Assembly (NCBI RefSeq): GCF_038025025.1
Contig: NW_027117342.1
Coordinates: 806,001-870,000 of the forward strand
Origin: Phyllosticta citribraziliensis
Taxonomy: Eukaryota
Length of the DNA: 64,000 nt
Direction: 5' to 3'
A model generated the notes under the pieces. It did no database searches and had not been told where the DNA came from. It was given only the letters and a program-made list of their open reading frames with translations. Positions 51,473 to 64,000 of the stretch are shown in pieces (position 1 is the first letter of the stretch; each line of letters starts with the position of its first letter). The position numbers and the translations under genes were made by a program.

Positions 51473-53392
51473 TCAAAGCCCCTCGTCCTCCTTGATCAAA
51501 TCGCTCGCCCTCTCCGCAACAGCATACAGCGTACTCATCAAATGGCCCGACACCTGAAACGGCAGCACGCTCGCATCGACGACGTGCACATTCGCAGTAC
51601 CATACACGCGCAGCCGCTCACTCACGACGCCGCCCATGTCCCGAGGCATCATGGCCGCCGTGCTCAGCAAGTGAAAATTGCTTCGATAATTGCTCTTCAG
51701 CCAGCGCGCCCACGTCGCGTCGTCGGCGTCTGCGGGCACGCTCGCGGTCCCCGGCCACGACTCGCTGCCGGCGAGGCCGTTGAGCGGCGCCGTGGCGTAC
51801 AGTCTACGCATGTAGCGCGCGACGGCCGCCTGCGACTGCGCGTCGTAGCTGAGCATGAAGTAGTTGGGGTTGATTTGCGGGCCGGTGCGCCAGTCGTCCG
51901 CCGCAATGTGCACGTTGCCGCGCGAAAAGGGCAGCGTGCTCCAGAACTCGGAGCCGACCGTCTTGCCGTTTGGATAGTGCAGGATCTCGGCGGCGGAGAC
52001 GAAGGATTCGAAGAGGAGCGAGTGTTGGACGCGGAGCAGCTCGAGTAGGGCGGAGCTGCTTGTTGCGTTGTTGTTTTGGGCGGCGAGTTTGTCCGCGTAG
52101 GACGGAAGGGCGGAGAGGATGGAGGAGGCGACGGTGCTGGTTGAGTTGCCGAAGAGGTCCGTCACGTTGGGGTACGCAGCCACGGGGGCGCCGCCGTTGT
52201 AGGATTGCCCTGTCGTGATGGGGTAGGTGAGTCCGTTGTTATTCTGGTCTATGAGATTCTCTCCGACGCCTGGCAGAGACACGCGGGTCGAAATGTTGTA
52301 CTGGGAAAGGATTCTGGGACAAGTCAGCTTCTTTCGTGGAATTGCTTGGACACAGCTGCTGAACACTTACCTCGGATTCCCTACTCCAGACAACTCCAAG
52401 AGCTGCGGTGTTCGAATGGTCCCCGCCGATACCACAACCCCTTTCCTTGCTTCGAGGGTGTTCGTTGTGCCATTTACTGCCACGACTTCAACGGCTTTGG
52501 CAACAACATTGCCCTCTTCGTCTTTAGAATCACTCCATACAAGCCTCTTCACCGTCGTCCCACTCGCCAACGCCAGATTGGGTCGACTCGGATAATGCGG
52601 CCAGAAATACGCCCGCGCGGCGTCATGCCTGACATTGGCCTCCTCATCCACCGTCTTCGGATAGGCCGTCGAACCTCTCAGATCGCCTCCATTGACGTCC
52701 TTCGACGCCGGTATGCCAAGCGCCTCGTACGTGGACTGCAGCGTAGAGCCGAGAGCGTTGGCAGATTGGTCCAGAGGCCAACCGACCTTGACCGGACCCT
52801 GAAATCCATGAAACGAGGAGACGTACGACGACCCGCCGTTCTCCTGCTGCTGGTTGGGAATCTCGAAGCTCTCGTGCTTGCGGTAGTAGGGGTACAGGTT
52901 GTCCCAGTTCCACCCGGCGTTGCCGATTTTCTCCCACGCGTCAATTTGCGCCGCGTCTGCTCTGGTGTAGGACATTCCTGGGCGAGGTCAGCCACTCACT
53001 CCTACATGCATTCCACAGCGACGGCGCTACTTACCGTTGATCGTGCTCGTCCCCCCAATGGCCTTTCCCTGGTGCAGGGTTTGAGTCTTGCCATTTGCAT
53101 GCGACTGCGCCGTCGTCGTGTAGTTCCAATCAATGGCCGTCCCAAACGCTGTCGAGTATCCCGAGGGAGATATGACGTGCTCGTTGTCATAGACTGACTC
53201 TCCGGCTTCGATGACCAGCACGGTGACGTTGGCATTCTCGCTCAGGCGACTCGCCACTACGAGCCCACAGGTGCCTCCGCCGACGACGATGTAGTCATAA
53301 CCGCTCGAATCAGCTCTGGAAGCCAACTCGCTCGACACTCGCGCGCCAAAACACAACAGAGAAATGTAAAAGAGACTCTTGCCGCGCGCCAT
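51473..53392 (-). CDS. Secreted GMC oxidoreductase (AA3_2; glucose dehydrogenase/oxidase-like), 3 exons
   Basis: Signal peptide, YDYIVVGGGTCG, GKAIGGTSTING, SAGTIRTPQLLELSGVG, GVGENL.DQ, RSNFH...AMM, VVDASVLP...GH (two catalytic-type His). Confidence 0.93.
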
Positions 53393-56294
53393 GTTTGAGC
53401 CCTTTCGAGATTGGAGTTTCGGACTGTCTTGCTCCTCCTCCGCTCGCCGCCCTTTTAACAAGCGCCGCTCGACTTTTCTACTCGCAGAAAAGTCAGCTCC
53501 CTTCTGTGTAACGCACAATACGAATGAAACGGCCTATTGATAGATGGGGGGGCGAAAAGGCTAACCAGTATTTAGCTGAGAAGATGCAGGTGTGTTGTCC
53601 TGTGCGCAAACGGCCAATCAACGTCTGAATGGGGATTTACCGTGGGTATGTTGAGATTTCGTTGCCAAAGAATTGGATCAGACGCCGACGAAGTGTCGTC
53701 GTTGGAGGTGCAGTTGAGAACGAGTGAGAATAAAAGATGCTTGCACTCTGCTGGATTATGACGGCGCAAAGAGAAAAGGGAAAATGCAATCACAGGATGA
53801 GAGTGATCCTGCGCAAGGCCGCTATTCGCACAGGTAGAATCGTCTTCGTCGTCGGTGTGTAGAGCCGCGTCGTCTTTTCGAATCTGAGCAGAGCTGGAAT
53901 TCGGTAGCGATGGTCTAACAGAACCTGGAAACATTCAGCCAAAGAACCCCATTCAACATTGCATTTCGCGCGATCGAGACTTACAGATATGATATCAAAT
54001 CTCGCACAGTCATCAACAACGCGACAGAGAGAAAACGATCAGAGAATATGTACAAAGAACCGGCTCGCCGCAGTCCTGCAGAACAACAGCGTGGTCATCG
54101 TCGCCCTGGACATGTCGTTCAGATATACAAACGGTGGGCCTCCCGCCGACCAATGACGGCGAGACAGAGTCGACATGTTTTATTTCCGGACACGAGCGCG
54201 CCGTTTCGACATTCGAGGCGCCTTGGCCGTAGTCGGTGCGCCGCTCGGCTGCGCGCTGCACGCCTTGATAAGCGAGCGATGAGATCATGCCCAAAAGAAC
54301 GGCGCAATGGAGAATGAGCGTGAGAGAAGGGAAAGTTGTGAGGGAAAGCACAGCACCGCGTGCGGTAGTAGTTGAAATTTGGATTGGTAGGCCAGCGTCG
54401 CTGCTACAGGCCTTGACTGCCTGGGCGCTTCATCCACGGGGAGAAAAAGAATAATTCACAAGGACTGCTCGATGCGACTGAGATCTTTAGATTCCAAGGC
54501 GTAGGACTCAGGAGTAGAGTGGAAGCACGACCGGACATGACTTTTCCGTATTTCTGCGAACAAGAAGTACGCCTACTACTGCCTGCCATGCCGCGGCAGC
54601 AAGAGCGACGTCGAGGGGAGCAAAAAGGCAAACATGAATGCAAATTGGATCGGGGAGCGCTTGATCGCGCGTGGGATATTTCAGACGAGATTCCAAGATG
54701 AGGTAATGGTTGGCGACGCGCTGTCAATGGCATCCCACGTGTGATAGTGATGGTGAAATAGATTGAGGACTTGCGTGGTGGCATCTCCACCATCCCGCCG
54801 CAACGACAGATAGACTTCAAAGGGGGAGTCTACGATGCGCCCGGTCCGCAGATAAGGACTCAGGATGGTGGGAAGCGAGACAAACAAAGACGCGGTCAGA
54901 CGATGGCGAGAGTGTTCTTTGGACTGAAGTATGTACGTACATACATCGAAGAGGCCAGAGGCAGAGGAGGAGGAAAGAAGAGACAAACACCATCACACCA
55001 CCCAGCCTTGCGCCTAGCCGTTCGTCTCTTCCATGCCCTCTGGTGTCTCGCTCGCCCAGAAAAGTGACTTGCTGCCCTCCTGTCCTACCCTGTCCAGCCC
55101 AGCACAGCAGTAGTGCCATGAGCCAAACTTTTCGGTCAGTCGTGGACGACGAACGACGAGCCAACCGACGCACACTTGACATTGCTTTTCGGTGGCGCTG
55201 GCCGCGCTGTTGTGGCTGCCTGGCTCCCACGGCCGTTGGGACGGGAAAACTACTATTTTCTTTTTCCCTTGTTTTCTTTTCGCTCATGTGTGCTTGTCGA
55301 CGCGGCCGTTCGTTCGTCGCAAAGGACCATCATCTCCTCGCAGTCCAATCAAATCGCACCCACGCTCCCTACCCAGCGTTGCTTTATTGACGCCAAACAG
55401 GTGGGTAGTGATGGTGAGTAGGCAGTCATCTCATCGCCATCCCATCCCATCCCATGCTGTCCCGCCCCGTCCCGCGCTGTCGGATGTGCCAAAAGAAAAA
55501 ACACTTGCACTTGCACTCTCCCCGCCCCCGGCTGCGAGCAGCCAGCCTGTGCAACCTGCAATCGTGCGGCACCGAGCGAGCGCCCCACTCGCTACCAGGG
55601 TTGTCGAGCCAAAAAGAGTGCATCTGGAAGGGCGAGCGCGATTCCTCTGCTTGCTTGTCTCAGGCACGAGCACCACACCATCCCCAGCTGTCGCCACGCT
55701 GCGTCTGATGTTAAGCGAATATGGAAGAAAGGGGCGTCGAGCGCGGGAGCGGAAAAAGCAAAAAATCAAAGAAAGAAAAAAAGACGCGAATGCAACGCTG
55801 TCGTGATGCTGTTTTGCAGACTGGATGCGGAAGACGGGGCAGACGGAGCGACGGGCGACAGCAGGACCTTTGTGGCTCGAAAGTAGTGCAGGTGCAAGAT
55901 GCGGGTAAACAGGAAAATTGCACCGCTGTGTCATGTCCAAACAATTGTTGGTTAGACTTTTTGGGTGGAAGGTGAACAGCAAACCAGAAGATTTCAAAAC
56001 ACCAAAGCAATATACCTGCCTGCCTGCTCGTGTGTGCAGAAGCTGGGAGGGTACTGCTGCTGCCAGGAACTCCTCCAATGCCAAATGCTTTGCCTGCCCC
56101 AGCGAAAAGCATACCCAAAACCTCATTTGAGGACAGATTAATCAAGCAACCGACCGTGACTTTTGAGACCGTGACCAAGAAAACTCAACCAGAGACAAAA
56201 AGGACATTGTAAACATACTCCAAAAAACCGAGAGTGGACAAGGCGCGCAACCAAAGGAAGCGAGCAAGCAGGTAATCAAGCGGTGAGTCCAAGA

Positions 56295-59200
56295 TCAAGT
56301 GTTATGAGACATGAGGCCCTTGAAGCCTCTGAAGCCACCGCTTCCCGATTTAGACTTGTCGTCCTTTTTCTTGACGCCAATGTTCTGAGCGCCACCTTGG
56401 TACCAAGTTAGAAGGGAAGCTTCTGTCTTCGCGGTGTAAGAGACGTACCTCGCCCATAGACTCTGGTCTCGGATTTCACATTGACTCTCGGATTCGACTT
56501 GTCTCGGTTCGATCCACTACCGCTTGGAGTTGTGGATTCACCACTGAATGTGCTCCGCCCGTCAGAATGGCCTAGAGGCTCGGTCTGGTTGAAGCTGTAT
56601 GATTTTGACTGATGGGTCTCGGAGCCCCACGGATTTTCTTTTGAAATCGTGGTCGGGCTGATGAGGTCCGGGTCGTTGTGGAAACCACGGACAGGCAGGG
56701 ACTCGCTTCGTTCTGGCCTACCAGTGTAAGTTTTGAAGCTAGGCCCAGAGAAGGACGACGCCTGGTCGTTAAACTCGCTCTGTTCGTCCTCCATGAACTC
56801 ATCGTCGCTGCGAAGAGCTTCATTGAAATGGCGATGCCCGAAACGGGTCGCAAAGCTTGAGCCTCCACCGCGGCTACTCGAGAGACTATGCCCTCCAGCC
56901 AGACTGTTGGAGCGTATCTTCAAAAGTCCAGAAGCTGTTGGGTCGTTTCCAGAAGGACTTGGAGGATCATTGTGGCTGTGGCCATTTCCGTTTTGGCGGC
57001 CTCGCAGGTAAGCCAATTCAGCCTCCAAAGCTTGGCTGTGTACCTCGAGTTCAGTGAAGCGGTGAAGCAGGCGATTGTGGGTCTTGCGTAGCTGGACAAA
57101 CTTGGAGTTGTTTGCAGCCAATGCAGAGTCGATCATCTGCTGAACGCTCTCCGGCAGCTCGTCGTTGGTGCTTTTCGAGAACGCTCCAGAAAGGGCTTCC
57201 AACTCGGCAAACTTGCGTTCGTACGACTTGGCCAATCGTTCCTTTTCGTAGTCGCGGCTCCTCAGCCTCTCGTTGGCAAGCTTCAGTTCACCTCGTAAAA
57301 GTTCGCTATCCTCCTGTACTTGTTCAAAGTTGAGCTCTTTCAATTCGAACTCGCGAAGCCTCCGCTGTAGATCGTCGACTTCTTTGCGCAAGATGTCCAC
57401 CTCTTCAATTTCAGCCTCCTTTTGTCTGAGATGTATTCTGGCATTAAGCTCCTTGGCCTCGGTTTCGGCGACCATCTTTTTCAAAGTGGCAATGTCCTTC
57501 TTTGCAGCTTCAAGGTTCTCACGAAGCGAGGCTTCACTTGAATTCCACGTTGTCGAATCCTTTTGAAACGACGTGATTCGGCTTTTCACCTCTCCTTCCC
57601 ACTTCTTGTGCTGGTTCCTCGTGGTCGTAGCCTCCTTCTTGAGTTGAGCATTGACCTCGTTAGCCTTTTGCAGTTTTGCTTTGAGAATACGGTTTGTGTT
57701 GATCAAATTTTGCGTTTCAGCTTCGAAGGTTGCTTCTTTGATGTGCTTTTGTTGGAGATGGCCAATGTGCGACAAATGCTGGCTCTTCAGGTAGCGCTCA
57801 AAATTCAAGTCATTCCGCAACAGCATCACCTCACGCTGCAGAGTTGCAATGTTCTGCGCCAAGCGATCATGTGAAAGAGAAATAGAGTTCTGATTTGTGG
57901 AAAGTGCTTCCGCAAAAGACTCTAGACGTGGCGATGTCGGCGCGTTGTCCTCATTTGAATCGTGCGTACTCTCAGTGGGCTGCGATGGCTCTTCTGCCGT
58001 TTTGCAGCCCTCCGCTGCAGGGAGAGTCGGGCTATCTATAGATTTGCCGGCTCCTTGGACGGAGTCGGGGCCGGAGAAACTGTCAGGGAGTTGCGGCGTG
58101 TGTTGAGCTCCACAGGAGTAACTCGTATAGGCAGTGGACTGCGTGTTTCGCCAAGTACCGTTGGATCTGGTTCCAGATGGCGAACTTGCGCTATTGGCAA
58201 GGGTGACGTCGTCGTCCATGGACAGACCAGGGATACTGTCAGTCGGGACCAAGGTTTGCGGAACTTCGGGAAGTTTTGTCGTTGGTGGTGGACCTGGATC
58301 CTCGAGGGAAGAGGACACGGCCATACACAAGCCCATACAATCTATGACAACGTCTGCTGGCTCACTCTTGAGAAACCGAGTCTCACTCAATTCTTCCTCC
58401 GGCGTGGATGTGAAGAAATGAGGGTGAAGAAGATGCACTTGTCGAAATGCCTCGGTTCGTTTCCTCAAAGCATCCTTGTCTAGGATGAGATCGTCGGCCT
58501 CGAGGTAGTTTATGCTTTTCAGCCATTTGCGGGGCGCGCGCACGTAGCTCATGAAATTCAGGGGAAAAAGTCCGTAGAGAAAGGTGAAGAAGTAAAGAGC
58601 ACCAGGCGCTGCAGTTTCGGGATTGTCATTGGGATCCCCATACGTGACGTCCAGCTTGTCCCAGGTCGGATCGTTGCTCTCGTCATCATCCTCGTCTGTC
58701 GCATCCCCGTCCATTGCCTCTCCATCCGGATTCATCGGGTCTTCGGGCGCGGGCGCAATGACTTGGTCCCAGCACAAGACGCGCGTGTAGATGAGGAATA
58801 GCTTTGGTAGGCAGGCGAATAGTTCCGACGTAATGTGCGGAAGGAACATGATGAGGACGGTAAGGGCCAATTCGACGACGGTTGCGGACTTGTCAAACAT
58901 TAAACATTTCTTCAAGCTGTCGATGAGGGGGGTTTCGAGGACGAGGTAGAGACGCGGTGGTTGTCTGCGGACGAAGGCGCTGAGCAGGCTGAGTGCTTGC
59001 GCGCGATGCTTGGCCTGGATGAAGAGGTCATTCAGAGCGAGAAGAAGTTCCTAATGGGCTGTTAGAGAAAGCTGGCGCTGGCGAAATCGGACTCTTGCCT
59101 TTGGCCTCTTGCGCCCATACGACACGAGTATGGCCTCAATCTGGCTCGCCATGTATTCGTCTTGAGTGGTAATCACGTCCTCTTCGGCGGTAGGCAAGCG

Positions 59201-59717
59201 GGTGTGGTGCAGATATCGATTCAGCAGCTTTTGCAGATACGAGGCTGCTGCAGCTGCCTGCCAGGCTGAGTCCTCGCCATTGGCGTCAAAAGCCAATACA
59301 CCGAGTACGAACTCCGAAGCATCTTCAATTTCCACACTCTTGAAGCCCACGCCGTCGACCACGGACCCTATCAAGACATCCCACCACTCCAGAAGCTTGG
59401 ATCCTCCCTTGATTGCCGGTCGCAATAGTCGCAAGGCATGGAGAAAAGGCGCGCGCTTGGACGGCTCGTCGTGGACGTGGTTTTTGTAGGTAGCAAGGAG
59501 GTCTTCGTGGAGGCGTTGAGAGTCGGCGTCTTCTAGTTCGTGTACGTTCTCGAGCAGCTTCTCAAGGGTGCGCTGAAGCTTTTCGGGGAGAGGATAGACA
59601 ACTTCCGGGCCGGCAAAAGCCGCGTCGATGGCCCTGGCGGCGTCCTTGACGGCCCTGCATTCCAATGTCAATTGCGCGCTCTTGGTGGCTCTCGGTCAAA
59701 ACGTACCCGGAGGCCAT
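56295..59717 (-). CDS. TSC1: Hamartin / Tsc1 homologue, multi-exon
   Basis: FTFLYGLFPLNFMSY, HLLHPHFF, LQREVMLLRNDLNFERYLK..HL.HIG, long coiled coil, and C-terminal RVYGRGGAQNI. Confidence 0.92.
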
Positions 59718-62700
59718 TGGTGGCGGCGTGTCGGTTGCGGATCGGCACTCAGTTGGTCGCGGAACCCTAAAAAGTCTGAAGCTGGAGCGGCGCAAGGTCG
59801 AAGAGGGTCATGGTAGGCGGGAGGTGGCAGTAGAGGGCGTGCAGTGGGTTGGAGTCACAGCACTTTGGTTGTGGAGGCGGAGAAGAGGTAGAGCGGAGGT
59901 CAGTGGCCAACAGGGTAGGGTCTGTGGTCCGGCGGGGTGCGCGCCGCGGCTTTTACAGAGGACAAGCTTGGTTGTGAGGCGTCGCCATCGACTATGTATT
60001 TGTTATTTATTCCTCGTTGCATAAATTGTGTTCGACGCGTGGGAGAGAACCAGAGGGACGGGACAGCCAGGACTCCTGATGAGATAGAACCACGACAGAA
60101 GTCCGCTGCCCGCCATCCCACACCTCAACGCTTCCCGCTGCCCGCCGCCTCCCGCCTGCCAGACAACCAGGGCAGCCTGGCCGGGTCCTCCTGGCCACGC
60201 CAAAGCGGCCATCACAACGTCACTTGTTGCGACACAGACTGACGCCCTGTGCTGCTCTGCCCCTGGTCCGTCGCACAGCTGCTGCGCACCATCTGCAGCT
60301 GTCCGCTTGGGTAGAAACAACCGCCCGCCAACCCAAGCAAGGCACTCGGCCAGCGCCTCTCTTCGCCCTCGTCGCCCTCTTCTCGACTTCATCCGGCCGT
60401 CATGACTCTCGCCAATGTCAAAACTCCAATCACCATGTCTGGCTGCTATCGTATCGATTCGGACCAGACCGACGCCATCGAATCGCTCGTCCGCCCTGCG
60501 TTGGCTCTCGCCCACCACCTCGATTTCTGGCCCGCAACTCGCAGCACGACGCGCAGGCGGCAGCACCTCGATGATCCCCCGCTGTATGCTCCTGCAACGT
60601 ATGGATTCACCGACTCTTTTCTCAAATGCGAGTCGACTCGGAATGGCGTCGAGAGGGCCCATGCTGCGGCGTCTTATCCACGCCCCCAACCCAGCCCGCC
60701 GCGAATTGCAACCGATTTCCTCCATACAGCTAGGCAATTGGGCACTGATATCAGCTGAATCCAGACGATTAGGAAGTGCGGAAATGCCCCCAGCCAGACC
60801 CATGCAAGGAGCATCACTTCGGCAGGCTGTCGATTTTGCGCATCCCGGCTACCTATCAAGACGTGCATCACGACGTGGTACGAAAACGGCGTTCCCAGTG
60901 TAGGACACAGGGCCAGCCAACAGCATCTGCAGCAACACTACTTGCACCTTGCAAAGCGCGGCAACAATGGTCCTCGTACGATTCACGTTCGGTGGAGCTA
61001 TCATTGACCAGCACAGGAATACGTCTGTCCATCCCACGCATCCAGGTGCAAGAGACATGGCGGCGGCGGGCGCCTCCCGTCTTGTCTTGCGATACGCCGG
61101 GCCATGCAGAATCTCTCCAAACAGGAGCTAAGCTTTTCGGGCAGCCGCGCCCGCCTGCTCGTCTCACTGCTCACGGCGAGCGGTGCACAGCGTCCATGAT
61201 CTGCCTTGCCTGTCCACTGACCAGCTGAGAAGTGGACCTTTGTTGACGCGCAGCAAACAGGGCAGGCCACGTCCAGACAGACAGGCTATTGCTGCAAATA
61301 GCACGCACATGCGTCAAGCTGTGGCCGTATCACGCAGCATGCGTCAGGTGAAAATTTCTGTCGTCCATCGCGTCGCGCGCCTCTCGCAACAACAACAACA
61401 ACATCCAACTCTACAGCCAAAGAGGAGACGAGGATCTGACCGGAGAATATGCCACAGGGCAGGCATGTCATGCAGACGCCGTGCCTGCCGTGGTGTCCAC
61501 AGGCTGCCAGCCCCACCCATCCACTCACTTTTCCTCGTTTGATTCCGTCTGTGGCTCAGCTTGATACAGACCATCCGCAGCAAAAAGCCCCATTTGTTCC
61601 CTGAGACTTTTCTCCAGCCATTGAAAGCTCCAATCGTCGCCCTGATAGGTAGGTACCTATCATATGAAGCAACCGGAGACTGCGACCCCACGCCAACATG
61701 ACCATCAATCATAGCTCATTCGCGATAAGTCGGGGCCAAAATGGTAGGTGGCCAAGGTAGGCAACTCGTTGGCAGACGGAGCCAGGCAACAAACAGCACA
61801 GCCCAATCCATCAGCTGAACAGCCTTCAATGACATTGACTACCCGACATGATCACCGTCCCATCACATCTTTCTCATCTCACCCACGCACATCCCCAGCA
61901 TTCATTCGTTGGCCACCATGGTGCGCGGGACCCCTGATCACAGCTCTAACATGACAGACCAAGCACTACCCCCCTCCCCCACGGTAGAAGCAAACAGGAA
62001 AAAGAAAGCAAAATTCTGTACTTCGAGGGCGGGAGTGATGGAGCGGACCGCTGCCTATACCGTTCCCAACACTAGCCAACGGCAGCGGCACGCCCCCATC
62101 CGTCCGCCCTCCCGTCCTCTACACTAGACACCGATGCACAGGGTCCCTACCTTTCCTTACTCAGGCAAGCGTGGGGAGAGGGGGCACCGGGCAGCAAAGA
62201 AAAACATCAACGGGCCAGCTGGGCACGGGCACTGGGTGCACTGCAAACGACTCATTGAGCTAGGGCGCGGAGAGCTTCTCCATCAATCAAGCAGCACCGC
62301 GTTGGTATCGGAGATTTGCAACGTGGTTTGTCGACGCTATGGTAAGGGTACTGCACATTATCTGGGGGCCAGGAGACGAACGGACCCGCGGGCATTTGGA
62401 TGGATGCGGCAGGTCCCGGTCGCGAATGTGAATGCGGATTTGGGATTTGGCCCGCTTGCTTCCCCTCTCCTAATCAAGTGGTGGTGGTGGTGTTGGTGGT
62501 GGTCTCAAGTTCCGAGGCTACATACATAGCTATCGGTGGTCTGGGAGTTTGTTGGAGTGGTGGTGCGCTTGGGCCGAATGGGTGTGGTGCGTTTGACGGG
62601 ATGCACACATCAAGGACACATTCGGGTCGCGCTGTTTGATAGATGGGTCTACGTTTGTGTAGACCGGCCGTTTGAACGCCTTCTGCATGAGACGTGTCGG

Positions 62701-62919
62701 GTTGATCCGAGGGGCTTGTGGGTGGGGTAGGGTCGGTAGCAGATGTGCATGACGTTTGAGCTTTGCTCTGTTTGGTTGCAGCGTGAGTGTCTCCGTGCTC
62801 TCCATGTTGCCAGCGGGTTTGAAACTATTGGGACGGCTAGGAAGCATCTGTCGCAAGGCACAAGCGCCATGATCGGGAGGTCTCTCTCCCGCAACGGTTT
62901 CTACACACCTACAAACGCA

Positions 62920-64000
62920 TCAACCTCTGTTCATGGTGTTCCCCGCTCCCTTGGGATTCTCCTCCGTGAACTCGTCCCAGGCCCGCGCCTTCATCGTCTC
63001 CTCATCCGCCTTGTCGAGATCATCCTCATTCGGCTCGGGGCGCATGCCCGACTGCTCGCCGCCGCCCTCGATGATGCCGCCGCGCCGGCGCTCTTCGTCC
63101 AGGTACTCGTCAATCGTCATGGTGGGCAGGCTGTGGTCGGGGCGGAAGACGCCGGCCGCGACCTGCTGCCGGTTGTCAAGCAGTGTGAAAGGTCTCATGG
63201 GCTTCCCGTCGGAGCTCAGCAGCGGACCGTTCCTGGCCGTCAGCGACGACAGCGGCGCATCGAGCCGCTCAGAGTACCCGACGCCGCCGCGCACCCGCTG
63301 CCGCGCGTCTTGCTCTGCGGCGATGGCGTCGGGGGAGGCGCCGGTTGGGGCCGGTGCTGGCGGCGCCAGCGCGAGGATTTGCATCTCCTGCGCAATCGAC
63401 TCGAGTGCTGCAAAGGCCGTGTGCACGTTGAATGCGATGTTGGTGAGATGCAGGTCTCGGAGCGCTGCGTCGTCGTTTTGCAGCGCGCTCGGGTTGGCTC
63501 GTAAATGCTAGATGTCCTGTTACCACACGTGCTCCAAGAAAAATGGAGATGTACCACGATTCCGTGGTATTTGTGCTGGACGTACCTCGAGCTTGGTCTT
63601 CATATCCTTCTCGGCGCGGAACCGCGCAATCTTGGTATCGCGTCGCGCGGCAGCATCAGTTGTCGACGCCGTCGAAAAGGAATCCGGGGCGTCGGTGTAC
63701 TTTTCAAACAGCTGGGCATCCGACTTGGACAGCAAGTCATAAGAATCGAGGAGCTTTAGGAACTTGGCATAGAAGTGGCGGGCCTTTTGCAGATTCGACT
63801 TGCGGAAATCCGGGCTGGTGGCTTTTATCCTTTGCGCGAGCTCGGCGATGTAGAAGTCGATGAGAAAGTATCTATGCGGCTGGTCAGAAAATGACGTCAA
63901 GCGGCTCGACAGGGCGAGGGCGAGGTCCTACTGCAAGTCTCCCGACGAGACATCTTCCAACGATTCGTTGGGACTGAAGAGCGACACTTGGCTGGCGACT
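62920..64000 (-). CDS. TAP42: Tap42/alpha4 PP2A-associated protein (5' part outside the window)
   Basis: SLFSPNESLEDVSSGDLQ, ARRDTKIARFRAEK, VFRPDHSLPTMTIDEYL, KARAWDEFTEENPKGAGNTMNRG. Confidence 0.95.

Noticed and set aside
55192..56178. Overlapping 150-230-aa ORFs between the GMC gene and TSC1
   Set aside because: Low-complexity, mostly non-ATG starts and no family motifs.
60753..60767. 15-bp identity (AGCTGAATCCAGACG) with 997-1011 in the repeat array
   Set aside because: It does not extend on either side; plausible chance match across 64 kb.

Overview
Eukaryotic nuclear DNA from a filamentous ascomycete (Pezizomycotina; Dothideomycete-like is a guess). It is GC-rich with short ~45-55 nt introns and CTRAC/CTAAY branch points. 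About 20 mostly conserved housekeeping genes are recognisable: a divergent pair of Zn2Cys6 transcription factors, a GH125 mannosidase, an MFS efflux pump, VPS9, an ASNSD1-like gene, a CRH/GH16 transglycosylase, FIG4, MLH1, a Dpb3/CHRAC-type histone-fold protein, a CLC channel, RAD18, CHMP7/Cmp7, 3-hydroxyisobutyrate dehydrogenase, RPC5, DDB1, a GMC oxidoreductase, TSC1 and a partial TAP42. The most unusual item is a 2218-bp segment (10210-12427) with TGTA...TACA ends flanked by an exact 11-bp direct repeat. Its only long ORF is intronless and has a GIY-YIG-like nuclease motif set, so it is a candidate novel nuclease-bearing mobile element. Other highlights are a candidate double-guide box C/D snoRNA in an unusually long intron (44269-44356), a frame-preserving repeat array at the left end (381-1610), and a spliced micro-ORF/decayed gene upstream of RAD18. 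All calls come from reading the sequence and recalled family motifs; no searches were run. Exon boundaries are manual estimates.
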